Shown here: in pieces, positions 30,305-40,683 of the stretch
How positions within the stretch are numbered: position 1 is the first letter of the stretch
Layout of the letters: each line of letters opens with the position of its first letter
Origin: an uncultured Eubacteriales bacterium
GTDB taxonomy: Bacteria > Bacillota > Clostridia > Christensenellales > RUG350
Direction: 5' to 3'
Length of the DNA: 52,887 bases
NCBI GenBank assembly: GCA_900315995.1
Contig: ONBF01000011.1
Span: 1-52,887, forward strand
The notes under the pieces: generated by a model
Seen by the model: the letters and a program-made list of their open reading frames with translations, nothing else
What the model was told of the DNA's origin: nothing
Database searches by the model: none
Position numbers and translations under genes: made by a program

Positions 30305-31970
30305 CAGCAGTAGTCCTTTAAGGTGATTGCGATATTTTCGATATGGTCTGCTATACGTTCGAGATTGCTGATTAACGATAAAAATCTCGAACTCGATGAC
30401 GCGGAGCAAAGCCCTTTGTTCATACGTTCGATGTGTTTATGCTGTAACGCTTCTTGGAGAGTATCGATTTCTTCTTCGTTGATTTTAATTGTACCGAAAT
30501 CTTTAAGCGTTTCGTTCTCGAACGCATTTAATACCAAATCGAATTGAGCGTCGATCAGTTTTTGCATATCTTTGATTTCGTTGTTTGCCGTGTCGCTGAA
30601 ACTCGACTTATCGGCGATTGCTTCTTCGGTATACTCGATAATATTTTCGGCATAATCGCCTATACGTTCTATATCGGTAATTACGTGGTACAGCGAACCT
30701 ATGATTTTTTCGTCTCTGAAACTTATTTCCGCCGAACTTATTTCAACGAGAAACTTAGTAAGCTCACGGTTTAAGAAATTGATATTCTTTTCGCGCGTAA
30801 CGAAATCGGGTTTAATCGAAACGTCACTTGTTATGACGGCGTCGATGCTTATATCTAAATTCGTTTTTGCAAGGCGCGCCATATTCAATACTTCTTTACG
30901 AAGTTGCGGCATTGCAAAAGTCGGCGCCGACATAAGACGCGTATCGAGATAAACGAAACCTTTAAGAACAGCTTCCTGTTTATCGGATTCCGTATCTTTG
31001 ATAAGTTTGTTGAACAATTTGACGATATGCTTAGTGAACCCGATAAGAAGAAAAGCGGTTACGATGTTGAATACCGAGTGGAATATAGCGATTTGAAACT
31101 CGACTTTTTCGAAAACGTCGAGCAGATTCAAAACGTTCGGGAATATAAACAAAATTAACATAAAGAATATAACGCCGACGAGTTTTGCGAACAAATGTAT
31201 CGCAGCCGCGCGCTTTGCATTGGCGTTTGCGCCTATTGCCGCAAGTATTACGGTCATACACGTTCCGACGTTTGCGCCCAATACTACGAAAACGGCGTTT
31301 TCAAGCGGCATTATTCCGCTGCCTGCAAGCACTATAACTATGGAAATCGACGCGGAAGAACTTTGTATAGCCGCAGTGAAAACAATACCTACGAGTATCA
31401 AAAGCAACGGATGCTGAATACTTGCGAAGAAATCGAGTATGGCGGGAAGTTGCTTAATGTAGGTAAGTGCTTCGGAAGCGACTGTTAAACCGCAGAAAAT
31501 GAGACCAAAACCCATTACGATTCCGCCGATATTTACCAATATGTGCTTTTTACAAAACATCATCATGAAAGCACCTACGCAAGCGACGGAAGCAAGAGCG
31601 ACGGGAACTATTTTCAATGCACTCAAAGACGCATACCGATATTCGCGCCGAGAATTATCGTCGTTGCCTGAAAGAGCGTCATAATACCCGCGTTGAGAAG
31701 ACCGATAACCATAACGGTCGTTGCCGCAGAGCTTTGAATTACGGCTGTAACTGCCGCGCCGATGCCGAGACCTGCGAAACGGTTATCGCCTATTCTGTCA
31801 AGAAGCACGTTCATTTTACCGCCGGCTGCGGATTCGAGATTGTCGCTCATCAGTTTCATACCGAGCAAAAGTATACCGATACTCGCTACGATGAGTAAAA
31901 CGTATTTTATCGTATTGACTGTGTTTACGGCTATTACGATGTCGTTTGCCAAAAGAGCGGTATTCGGCAT
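30304..31970 (-). pseudogene. second Na/Pi cotransporter (PhoU domains), frameshifted near 31635
   Basis: N-part 31623-31970 (QSSAATT...GANIG) and C-part 30304-31626 are in different frames; the TT.TA.. segment is missing compared with the paralogue. Confidence 0.8.
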
Positions 31971-32098
31971 AAACCCTCCTACTTATCTCAAAATGTGCTT
32001 TAATAAATACAGTATAAATAACGACTTATACAAAAGTCAAACGTTTAATCTCAAATGTTTTGCGTCATAATATCGGACTATTTAAGCATAATAAACGT

Positions 32099-33682
32099 AT
32101 GAATGAACGGGCAGAAGAAAAGAATAGGGTAGTCAAGGGCTTCGGCGTGCTTGCCGTTGCGGCAATCGCGGGGAAATTACTCGGAGCGTTTTACCGGATT
32201 CCGCTCGTCAATATTTTAGGAGCCGACGGGACGGGACTTTATCAACTTGTGTATCCCGTATTCGTAATACTCATTACGTTATCTTCGGGCGGCATTGCGA
32301 CGACCCTTTCAAAACTTATTGCCGAGCGTCGTGTAAACGGCGAAATCGAAAGCGTTGACGGGCTCGTTAAAACCGCGCTTATAACGACGTCTTTCATTTC
32401 ACTTGTGTTTTCACTCGCAGTATATTTTGCGGGCGATTTAATAGCGAATATACAAGGTGATGCGCTTGCGGCTGTCGGATATAAAGCGATAGCACCTGCA
32501 ATTTTCGTAGTGGGAATACTTTCGGTACTCAGAGGGTATTATCAGGGGTATTCGGATATGGTTCCGACCGCACTCAGTCAAATTGTCGAACAAGTGGTAA
32601 AACTTGTTTTCGGATTGACGTTCGCACGGCTTTTCATAACGCGAGGCGTTCATTACGGAGCGTTCGGCGCACTGCTCGGAGTTAGCGTTTCGGAAATCGT
32701 TTCCGTAATATCCGTATTTCTTGCGTCATTAAAAAAACGCAATTTTCCGAAACTGTTTTCAAAAGGTATAACACACGGATACAAACGCGACTTATTCGAG
32801 ATTATACGTATTGCGCTGCCGATAACGCTCGGCGCGTGCGTGATGCCGATAACTCAGTTTATCGACAGTATGCTCGTTATTAATCTGACGTCCGACTCGG
32901 GCGTTGTTTCGCGTACCGCGTTGTACGGAATATTCACGGGACCCGTGTCGTCGCTCATTAATCTTCCGGTCGTGTTTACGATTGCGCTTGGAATTGCGCT
33001 CGTTCCGTCGATAAGCAAAAGTCGCGCGTCGTACAATCTCGAAAGTATAAAGATAAAGAGCGGAGTGACTTTGAAAATCGGCTTTGTATTCGGTATATTA
33101 TGTACGCTTGTATTTTGCGCGCTTTCAAAGCCTATCGTTACCGTTCTTTACCCGTCGCTTAACGTTGATGAAAGCGCAATATGCGTTGCGCTGCTTTCGA
33201 TAAGCTCGATTTCCGTATTGAGTTTGTCGCTTATTCAGATTTATTCGGCGTTGCTTCAAGGAGTGGGGCTTGTCGGAAAACCCGTTGTGCATATAGCGGT
33301 GGCGGCGGCAATAAAACTTATTCTTGATGTCTTGCTGCTGCGTCCGCTCGGGATATACGGCGCGGCTCTTTCGTCCGTTGTATGTTATATGACGGCGTTT
33401 ATAATGAACGCAATCTCGTGGCACAAGCGTTTTAAGGTTTTCAACATCGTTAAAATCGTTAGTACAATAGGCGTATCGGGTGTTATAATTGCTATGCCTG
33501 TTTTGTATATAAGTTACAATGCGTCGACGATAACGGCAGTCCTATCGGTTATTCCGTGCGCAGTATTGTATTTTCTTATGATAATGGCGTTCGGCGTGTT
33601 TTCAAAAGACGAATACAAGTCGATGCCGTTCGGCAACAGGTTATTGAAACTATTCGTAAAACTCGGAGGGAACAATGATTAA
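32099..33682 (+). CDS. MOP-superfamily flippase (SpoVB/YabM-like polysaccharide biosynthesis protein)
   Basis: KLLGAFYRIPL, RGYYQG, TALSQIVEQ, multiple TMs; upstream of a yabN-like gene as in Bacillus yabM-yabN. Confidence 0.88.
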   Translation: MNERAEEKNRVVKGFGVLAVAAIAGKLLGAFYRIPLVNILGADGTGLYQLVYPVFVILITLSSGGIATTLSKLIAERRVNGEIESVDGLVKTALITTSFISLVFSLAVYFAGDLIANIQGDALAAVGYKAIAPAIFVVGILSVLRGYYQGYSDMVPTALSQIVEQVVKLVFGLTFARLFITRGVHYGAFGALLGVSVSEIVSVISVFLASLKKRNFPKLFSKGITHGYKRDLFEIIRIALPITLGACVMPITQFIDSMLVINLTSDSGVVSRTALYGIFTGPVSSLINLPVVFTIALGIALVPSISKSRASYNLESIKIKSGVTLKIGFVFGILCTLVFCALSKPIVTVLYPSLNVDESAICVALLSISSISVLSLSLIQIYSALLQGVGLVGKPVVHIAVAAAIKLILDVLLLRPLGIYGAALSSVVCYMTAFIMNAISWHKRFKVFNIVKIVSTIGVSGVIIAMPVLYISYNASTITAVLSVIPCAVLYFLMIMAFGVFSKDEYKSMPFGNRLLKLFVKLGGNND

Positions 33683-35072
33683 GGTAATCGGAATCGGGAT
33701 ACGCGCAGGAGACGTCAGCATACGCGGAGCGGAAGCGATAAGAAGCGCTGACGTCGTAATCGTCAAAACGGCTTTTACTTCAACGTATACATATTTTAAG
33801 AATATCGAACACGTTACTCTCGACGAACTGTTTGAAAAGGCAGGCGACTTCGAAGAACTCAATAAAATAATCGTCGATAAGATTATTGAACTATCAGAGA
33901 ACAAAAACTCGGTCTATTGCGTACACGGCTCGGCGTGTGACGACGATACGGTTAAAGAATTGAAAAAGCGTATAGCCGTCGAAATAATACCGAGTGTTTC
34001 TTTTGCAAGCGACGCTCTTACTCGGTACGTTTCCGATTCATATGTTTCGTATTCAGCAAGCGAGTATCAAAGTATGATTTATAACGCGCACTTACCGCTT
34101 GTTGTCAAAGAAGTGGACAGTCGGTTTTCGGCGTCCGACTTAAAACTCAAACTTTCGGAATTTATCGAAGAAGAAAGGGAGATAACGGTAATCGATAAAG
34201 ATGGCGAAAAGACGGTTAAGTTATATGAACTCGACCGACTTGATAATTACGATTATTCAACGACCGTATTAATCGAGCCGAAACCTTTTACGGATAAGAC
34301 GAGATACACTTTCGACGACTTGGTGGATATTATGCATAGACTGCGCGCGCCCGACGGTTGTCCGTGGGACAAGGCGCAAACTCATAAGAGTATACGCGCA
34401 AACCTAATAGAAGAGTGCTATGAACTGATAGAAGGTATCGACAAAGACGACCAAGAAATTATGCGTGAAGAGACGGGCGACGTTATTTTACAAGCGTTGT
34501 TTCATATGGTTATCGGCGAAGATACGGGCGAATTTACGATAGGCGACGTAATAAGCGAACTTTGCGCAAAACTCGTCAGTCGTCACACGCACATTTTCGG
34601 CGCGGACAAAGCAAGCGACGCGGACGGTGCGTTGAGTGCGTGGGAACGGGCAAAGAGTAAAGAAAAAAAATATACGTGTGTATCCGACAAGATGTGCAAA
34701 ATTTCACGTTCGCTACCCGCTTTGATGCGTGCGGCGAAGGTACAAAAGGCGGCGGTTAAAGCGGGATTCGAGTGGGACTGCATAGATGGCGCGTTAGATA
34801 AACTCGACGAAGAGAAGGAAGAAGTAAGGCGCACGGTAACGCAGGAAGATGCGTTTGAAGAGTGCGGAGATTTACTGTTTGCCTGTCTCAACGTATTGAG
34901 ATTTAAGCGTGTAGAACCCGAAGAAGCGTTGACGTTTGCGACCGATAAATTCATCAGACGCTATACGCGTATGGAAGAAATTGCGAAAGCGGACGGCATA
35001 GATATTGCGACGCTTAACGTTAATGAACAGCAAACGTATTGGGAAAAGGTAAAGGCGGAGGAAAAGGCGTGA
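33675..35072 (+). CDS. mazG: YabN-type tetrapyrrole-methylase-like/MazG nucleoside triphosphate pyrophosphohydrolase
   Basis: LRAPDGCPWDKAQTH, EECYE, EETGD, RHTHIF, EECGDLLF; methylase-like N-terminus. Confidence 0.92.
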   Translation: MIKVIGIGIRAGDVSIRGAEAIRSADVVIVKTAFTSTYTYFKNIEHVTLDELFEKAGDFEELNKIIVDKIIELSENKNSVYCVHGSACDDDTVKELKKRIAVEIIPSVSFASDALTRYVSDSYVSYSASEYQSMIYNAHLPLVVKEVDSRFSASDLKLKLSEFIEEEREITVIDKDGEKTVKLYELDRLDNYDYSTTVLIEPKPFTDKTRYTFDDLVDIMHRLRAPDGCPWDKAQTHKSIRANLIEECYELIEGIDKDDQEIMREETGDVILQALFHMVIGEDTGEFTIGDVISELCAKLVSRHTHIFGADKASDADGALSAWERAKSKEKKYTCVSDKMCKISRSLPALMRAAKVQKAAVKAGFEWDCIDGALDKLDEEKEEVRRTVTQEDAFEECGDLLFACLNVLRFKRVEPEEALTFATDKFIRRYTRMEEIAKADGIDIATLNVNEQQTYWEKVKAEEKA

Positions 35073-36004
35073 GAATAGGTAACGTCGAAATAAACGGGAA
35101 CACTCTGCTTGCACCCATCGCGGGCTGGACGGATGTAGCGTTTAGGTTACTTGCGCGAAGATTCGGCGCAAGTCTTACATACACCGAAATGGTAAGCGCA
35201 AAGGGTTTGATGTACGGTAGCGACAAGACGGAAGACCTGCTTGTAACTCTTGATGACGAAAAGCCGTGCGCCGTACAGATATTCGGTAAAGAAGCGAATA
35301 TTATGGCGGACGCCGTTAAACGTTTGACTAAGTTTGACGTTATAGACATCAATATGGGTTGTCCCGTGCCGAAGATTAACAAAAACGGCGAGGGGTGCGC
35401 GTTGATGGCAGACCCGAAACTCGTATATAAAATAGTAAACGCGTGCGTTAAGGCGGCGGATAAGAGAGCCGTTACGGTCAAAATGCGTACGGGTTTGAGT
35501 GAAGACAAAATCAACGTATTTGAAGTGGCGAGAGCTTGCGAAGACGCAGGCGCGGCTGCGATTACCGTTCACGGAAGAACGAGAGAGCAGATGTATTCGG
35601 GACGCGCCGATTGGGATATAATCGGCAAGGTTAAAGCGAGCGTAAACGTTGTCGTTATCGGCAACGGGGATATAGAGACGAGAGAAGATTATTTAACGGC
35701 GTTGAGATACGGAGCAGACGGCGTAATGATTGCGCGTGGCGCGCTCGGACGACCGCAGATTTTTTCGGAACTTATCGGCGCGCCCGTCACTGTACGCGGC
35801 GATATAATACTCGAACATATCGATATTATGAGTAAGTATTTCAACGAGCGGTATGTTGTCGGCAATATGAAGAAACATTTTGCACGATATATCAAAGGTA
35901 TGCGTGATAATCGGTTCATTAAAGAGCGTATATATTCGTCTGATACGATTGACGAATTGAAAGAAATAGTTTATGAATTTGATTTAATCGACAAAAAGCT
36001 TTAA
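35069..36004 (+). CDS. dusB: tRNA-dihydrouridine synthase
   Basis: LAPIAG, TEMVSA, DINMGCP, VHGRT, GNGDI, MIARGALGRP; GTG start overlapping the mazG stop. Confidence 0.92.
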   Translation: MRIGNVEINGNTLLAPIAGWTDVAFRLLARRFGASLTYTEMVSAKGLMYGSDKTEDLLVTLDDEKPCAVQIFGKEANIMADAVKRLTKFDVIDINMGCPVPKINKNGEGCALMADPKLVYKIVNACVKAADKRAVTVKMRTGLSEDKINVFEVARACEDAGAAAITVHGRTREQMYSGRADWDIIGKVKASVNVVVIGNGDIETREDYLTALRYGADGVMIARGALGRPQIFSELIGAPVTVRGDIILEHIDIMSKYFNERYVVGNMKKHFARYIKGMRDNRFIKERIYSSDTIDELKEIVYEFDLIDKKL

Positions 36005-36041
36005 TCACAAAACGTATGCGGGCTTTCATAATATGGAGCAT

Positions 36042-36698
36042 ATGAAAGTCTATAACGTATCCGTTCCGTTTGAAAAATTCATTTTGAGTAAAGTCAATTC
36101 GATAGAGCCCGACAGTCTCGTTTTAATTCCGTATGGAATAATTGCGCCCGTTGACTTAAACGACGAACTCGTCGGCAACACCAACGTGATAAAGGACGTA
36201 TGCGCTTTTTCGCACGATAAGCGCGTAACCGTAGTATTTTGCGTCGATGCAACCGTTAACGGCAATAAATTTTTAAGTACGGTTATTGTCGATAAGGGCA
36301 GACTGCTCGGTATGTGCGACGAAACGCATACGCTCGACAATTCGGTTACCAAAGGCAGCGCAATACGCGTATTCGATACGAGCGTTGCGCGTTTGGGTAT
36401 ACTTATCGATGACGATATATACTATTTCGAAGCGGCGCGTATTGCGACTTTACTTGACGCGGAAATAATTCTGATGTTCGGAAAATGCGCTAAAAATTAC
36501 GGCGTCGCGCCGAGAGCAAATACCGAACTCAACGGACGCAGCGGAATACTTACGTGCGGCGATAGTATCGAAATTTTCAACGCGCATTACGATTTTACCG
36601 ACGGCTTATACGAATTCGATTTGACAGTCGACGATACATATCTCAAAAACAGGCGTAAAGACATTTATCGGCAATTATATTCGGTAATTCCTTATTGA
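36042..36698 (+). CDS. carbon-nitrogen hydrolase (nitrilase)-fold protein lacking catalytic residues
   Basis: GSAIRVFDTSVARLGILIDDDIYYFEAAR and terminal RRKDIY match the family pattern; start 36033 or 36042. Confidence 0.7.
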   Translation: MKVYNVSVPFEKFILSKVNSIEPDSLVLIPYGIIAPVDLNDELVGNTNVIKDVCAFSHDKRVTVVFCVDATVNGNKFLSTVIVDKGRLLGMCDETHTLDNSVTKGSAIRVFDTSVARLGILIDDDIYYFEAARIATLLDAEIILMFGKCAKNYGVAPRANTELNGRSGILTCGDSIEIFNAHYDFTDGLYEFDLTVDDTYLKNRRKDIYRQLYSVIPY

Positions 36699-36739
36699 TA
36701 TACGATTTCTTTATTTTATCAGTTAATAACACTTTTTGA

Positions 36740-36768
36740 TTGCCAAATTCCGTAAATCGTGATAAAAT
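36740..36768 (+). promoter_or_regulatory. sigma-A-type promoter of pgk
   Basis: TTGCCA, 17 bp, TAAAAT with TG extension. Confidence 0.65.
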
Positions 36769-36806
36769 ACTTATTCAGTAAATAAAAATCATTTAAGGAG
36801 TGTTTT

Positions 36807-38120
36807 ATGAATAAAAAAACAATTCTCGACGTAGACGTCAAAGGCAAAAAGTGTTTGGTCAGAGTGGACTTCAACGTTCCTATCAAGGACGGCAAGATTA
36901 CGGACGAAAACCGTATTAACGGCGCGCTTCCGACCATCAAATATCTTATCGAACACGGCGCGAAAGTTATCCTTTGTTCGCATATGGGTAAACCCCACAA
37001 TATTTTAACCGAAGGTTTCTCTTTGACAAAGAAAGAGAAGAAAGCGGTCGAAGCGCTTCCCGAAGAAGAGCGCGCTGCGGCAAAAGCGGAATATCTTAAA
37101 AAAGCTTTGAAAGATAAAGAAAAGTTCACTTTAAGACCCGTTGCCGAAAAACTTTCGGAAAAACTCGGAAAGAAAGTGGTTTTTGCGGAAGACGTAGTGG
37201 GAGCGTCCGCTGACGCAGCCGTTGCAAACGTTAAGGACGGCGAAGTCGTTCTGCTCGAAAACACAAGATTCGAAGCGGGTGAGGAAGCTCGTGACGAAGC
37301 TTTGTGTAGGAAACTTGCAAGTTACTGCGATATCTACGTAAACGACGCGTTCGGAACGGCTCACAGATCACACGCGACTACCGCGGCTATTGTAGAATAC
37401 GGTTTTGTCAAGACGGCGGTTTGCGGATTTCTTATCGAGAAAGAATTGAGCGTTATGGGTGATTCGCTTGACCATCCCGTCAGACCTTTCGTAGCGATTT
37501 TGGGCGGCGCGAAAGTAGCCGATAAGTTAAACGTTATTTCAAACTTGCTTGAAAAATGCGATACGCTTGTAATCGGCGGCGGTATGGCTTACACCTTTTT
37601 GAAAGCTAAGGGCTATCAAGTAGGTACGTCCCTTGTCGATGACGAAAAGATTGATTACTGCAAGGATATGATGGCAAAGGCGGAGAAACTCGGTAAAAAA
37701 CTTTTATTACCTATCGACTGTACGATAACGTCGGCGTTCCCCGAACCTATCGATGCGAAAGTCGAGACCGAAATTGTTGACGTTGACAAAATACCCGCCG
37801 ACAAGATGGGGCTTGATATAGGAGAGAAAACACAAAAACTCTTCGCGGACGCGGTAGCGAACGCAAAGACCGTAATTTGGAACGGACCTATGGGCGTGTT
37901 CGAGAACCCGATATTCGCAAAAGGCACGATTGCCGTTGCAAAAGCTCTTGCGGACTGTAAGAACGCTACGACGATTATCGGCGGCGGAGACTCGGCGGCT
38001 GCTGTCGCTCAACTCGGTTTTGCGGATAAAATGACGCACATCTCAACCGGTGGCGGCGCGTCGCTTGAACTCTTTGAGGGTAAAGTCCTTCCGGGTATAG
38101 CCTGCTTGAACGATAAGTAA
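36807..38120 (+). CDS. pgk: phosphoglycerate kinase
   Basis: [48 protein letters not shown]. Confidence 0.98.
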   Translation: MNKKTILDVDVKGKKCLVRVDFNVPIKDGKITDENRINGALPTIKYLIEHGAKVILCSHMGKPHNILTEGFSLTKKEKKAVEALPEEERAAAKAEYLKKALKDKEKFTLRPVAEKLSEKLGKKVVFAEDVVGASADAAVANVKDGEVVLLENTRFEAGEEARDEALCRKLASYCDIYVNDAFGTAHRSHATTAAIVEYGFVKTAVCGFLIEKELSVMGDSLDHPVRPFVAILGGAKVADKLNVISNLLEKCDTLVIGGGMAYTFLKAKGYQVGTSLVDDEKIDYCKDMMAKAEKLGKKLLLPIDCTITSAFPEPIDAKVETEIVDVDKIPADKMGLDIGEKTQKLFADAVANAKTVIWNGPMGVFENPIFAKGTIAVAKALADCKNATTIIGGGDSAAAVAQLGFADKMTHISTGGGASLELFEGKVLPGIACLNDK

Positions 38121-38278
38121 TAACTTAAAATTTATTAAAAATATCGTTTTCAAAAGAAACTCATTTTTATGAGTATTTTACATCGTGTTAAATGTAACAC
38201 AATGGCGGTTTTAAGTATTCTGATGCGGTTTAGAGTAATAGCGCCGTCATTTGCGTATACTATCCTCGGAGGTAGTCT

Positions 38279-38425
38279 ATGGCTAAGAAGAAACGAGGCA
38301 GATACAAGATGTTTAAGCAGAAGAGCGCGTATATGATGCCGGGCACGGGACCCGACCCGATGGGAAGTTATACGGGGTATCCCGTATTCGTTGACGAGCC
38401 GGAGCAGGACGCGGACGACTTATAA
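38279..38425 (+). CDS. 48-aa small protein ending DPxGSYTG..P.QDADDL (not in ORF track)
   Basis: GGAGGT RBS; MAKKKRGRYKMFKQKSAYMMPGTGPDPMGSYTGYPVFVDEPEQDADDL; terminator downstream. Confidence 0.85.
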   Translation: MAKKKRGRYKMFKQKSAYMMPGTGPDPMGSYTGYPVFVDEPEQDADDL

Positions 38426-38468
38426 TGTTTCCGCGAAAGCGATAAACTTAAAACAATATTTGAAAATT

Positions 38469-38502
38469 AAAGCCGGGCGTACGAAAGTGCGCCTGTTCTT
38501 TT
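38469..38502 (+). terminator. intrinsic terminator after the small ORF
   Basis: GGGCGTAC-GAAA-GTGCGCCT then GTTCTTTT. Confidence 0.75.
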
Positions 38503-38515
38503 ATGCTTATATTTG

Positions 38516-38544
38516 TTTACATAAAGTAAACGTCGTGATATAAT
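38516..38544 (+). promoter_or_regulatory. sigma-A promoter of serS-dapF
   Basis: TTTACA, 17 bp, TATAAT with TGn extension. Confidence 0.7.
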
Positions 38545-38572
38545 TGTACGGAAAAAAGTAAAGAGGCGTAAT

Positions 38573-39844
38573 ATGATTGATATTAATTTGATAAGACAGG
38601 AACCCGATAAAGTAGCCGCGGCACTTTTGAAGAAAGGAGTTAAGGTAGATTTTACCGAATTTCTCACGTTAGATGCTAAGCGTAAAGAGCTTATCAAGTC
38701 GAGTGAAACTATGAAAGCCGAACGCAACAAAGTTTCGGGTGAGATTCCGACGCTTAAAAAGAGCGGTAAAGACGTAACTTCTCTTATTGCTTCGATGAAA
38801 GACTTGGGCGATAAGATAACCGACGTCGATAAAGAACTTGACGCCGTTAACGAACGAATCAATGCGTTTATTTTGAAACTGCCCAATATGCCCGACGATG
38901 ACGTCGTTGCGGGCGATAAGGACAAGAACGAAGTAATCAAAGTTTTCGGCAAACAGCCGAAATTCGGTTTTGAACCTAAGAATCACGTTGACCTTTGCAC
39001 CAAACTCGGACTTATCGACTACGAACGCGGAGTTAAACTCGGCGGTAACGGTTTTTGGATATATAGGGGTATGGGTGCGCGGCTTGAATGGGCACTTCTT
39101 AACTACTTTATCGAAACTCATATTAAAGACGGTTATGAATTTATACTGCCGCCTCATATGCTCGGATACAACTGCGGTTTGGGCGCGGGACAGTTTCCGA
39201 AGTTTACAGACGAAGTATATTGGATCAAGACGGGCGATAACGAAGCCGAACACTTTATGCTGCCGACTGCCGAGACCGCACTTGTTAATATGTACGGCGG
39301 AGAGATAATAGACGAATCGAAACTCCCGATGAAATTCGCAGGCTATACTCCGTGTTACAGAAAGGAAGCGGGAAGTTACCGAAGCGAAGAGCGCGGAATG
39401 ATAAGAGGTCACCAGTTTAATAAGGTTGAAATGATTCAATACACTACGCAAGAAGGCGGAAAGGCAGCGTTTGAAGAAATGGTCGATAAGGCGGCAAAAC
39501 TCGTTGAAGGCTTAGGCTTGCATTTCAGAATAAGCAAACTTGCGGCGGAAGACTGCTCGTATTCTATGGCGCGAACGTACGACATAGAAGTATGGATACC
39601 GAGTATGAATATATATAAGGAAGTAAGCTCCGTATCGAACGCCAACGAGTATCAAGCGCGCCGTAACAACACAAGATACAGATCAAGCGACGGCAAGTTA
39701 CATTTCATTAACACGCTTAACGGATCGGGACTTGCGACAAGCAGAGTATTCCCCGCAATAATCGAACAGTATCAAAACGCGGACGGCTCGATAACCGTTC
39801 CCGAAGTTTTGCGTAAATATATCGGAGCGGACGTAATAAAATAA
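38573..39844 (+). CDS. serS: serine--tRNA ligase
   Basis: N-terminal coiled coil, PTAE, CYRKEAGS, RGHQFNKVE, TLNGSGLA. Confidence 0.97.
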   Translation: MIDINLIRQEPDKVAAALLKKGVKVDFTEFLTLDAKRKELIKSSETMKAERNKVSGEIPTLKKSGKDVTSLIASMKDLGDKITDVDKELDAVNERINAFILKLPNMPDDDVVAGDKDKNEVIKVFGKQPKFGFEPKNHVDLCTKLGLIDYERGVKLGGNGFWIYRGMGARLEWALLNYFIETHIKDGYEFILPPHMLGYNCGLGAGQFPKFTDEVYWIKTGDNEAEHFMLPTAETALVNMYGGEIIDESKLPMKFAGYTPCYRKEAGSYRSEERGMIRGHQFNKVEMIQYTTQEGGKAAFEEMVDKAAKLVEGLGLHFRISKLAAEDCSYSMARTYDIEVWIPSMNIYKEVSSVSNANEYQARRNNTRYRSSDGKLHFINTLNGSGLATSRVFPAIIEQYQNADGSITVPEVLRKYIGADVIK

Positions 39845-40677
39845 TGATTTTCAAATTTACGAAAATGCACGGCGCGGGCAACGATTACATTTATTTCGAT
39901 TGCTTTGACCGAAATATAAGCAATCCAAGCGAACTGTCGATAAAGTTATCGGACAGACATAAGGGCATAGGCGGAGACGGAATAGTACTTATACTGCCGA
40001 GCGACGTTGCGGACGCGAAAATGCGTATGTTTAACGCGGACGGAAGCGAGGGCAAAATGTGCGGTAACGCAATACGTTGCGTCGCTAAGTTGTTATTTGA
40101 CAGAAAGCGCGTGAGTACTCATTTGACGGTTGAAACGCTGTCGGGCATTAAGACGCTTGACGTTATTAAAACGGATAAGGACGGTAAGGCTCTTGAAGTT
40201 AAAGTCGATATGGGCGCACCGATACTTAAACCGAATAAAATTCCGTGCAAATTTGACGGCGACAGCGTAGTGAACAAAACGATTAATATAGACGGGGTAG
40301 ACTATAAAGTAACCTGCGTATCTATGGGCAATCCGCACGTTATAATATTTGTTGACGACGTAGAGCGTTTCGATGTGGAAAGGATAGGGCGTAAGTTTGA
40401 ACGTCATACGTTGTTTCCCGAGGGAGTCAATACGGAGTTTGTCCAAGTTATCGACAAGTCGCACGTAAAAATGCGCGTATGGGAGCGCGGAAGCGGTGAA
40501 ACAATGGCTTGCGGTACGGGAGCGTGCGCGACTGCCGTTGCTTGCGCTTTGAACAACAAGACGGGGCGTAAAGTCGAAGTCGAGTTACTCGGCGGAACGC
40601 TTTGTATAGAGTATACCGATACGGTATTTATGACGGGTAACGCCGTCGAAGTGTTCGACGGAACGGTCGAAATATAA
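39844..40677 (+). CDS. dapF: diaminopimelate epimerase
   Basis: KMHGAGNDY, NADGSEGKMCGNAIRC, SMGNPH, ERGSGETMACGTG. Confidence 0.97.
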   Translation: MIFKFTKMHGAGNDYIYFDCFDRNISNPSELSIKLSDRHKGIGGDGIVLILPSDVADAKMRMFNADGSEGKMCGNAIRCVAKLLFDRKRVSTHLTVETLSGIKTLDVIKTDKDGKALEVKVDMGAPILKPNKIPCKFDGDSVVNKTINIDGVDYKVTCVSMGNPHVIIFVDDVERFDVERIGRKFERHTLFPEGVNTEFVQVIDKSHVKMRVWERGSGETMACGTGACATAVACALNNKTGRKVEVELLGGTLCIEYTDTVFMTGNAVEVFDGTVEI

Positions 40678-40683
40678 ATCAAC

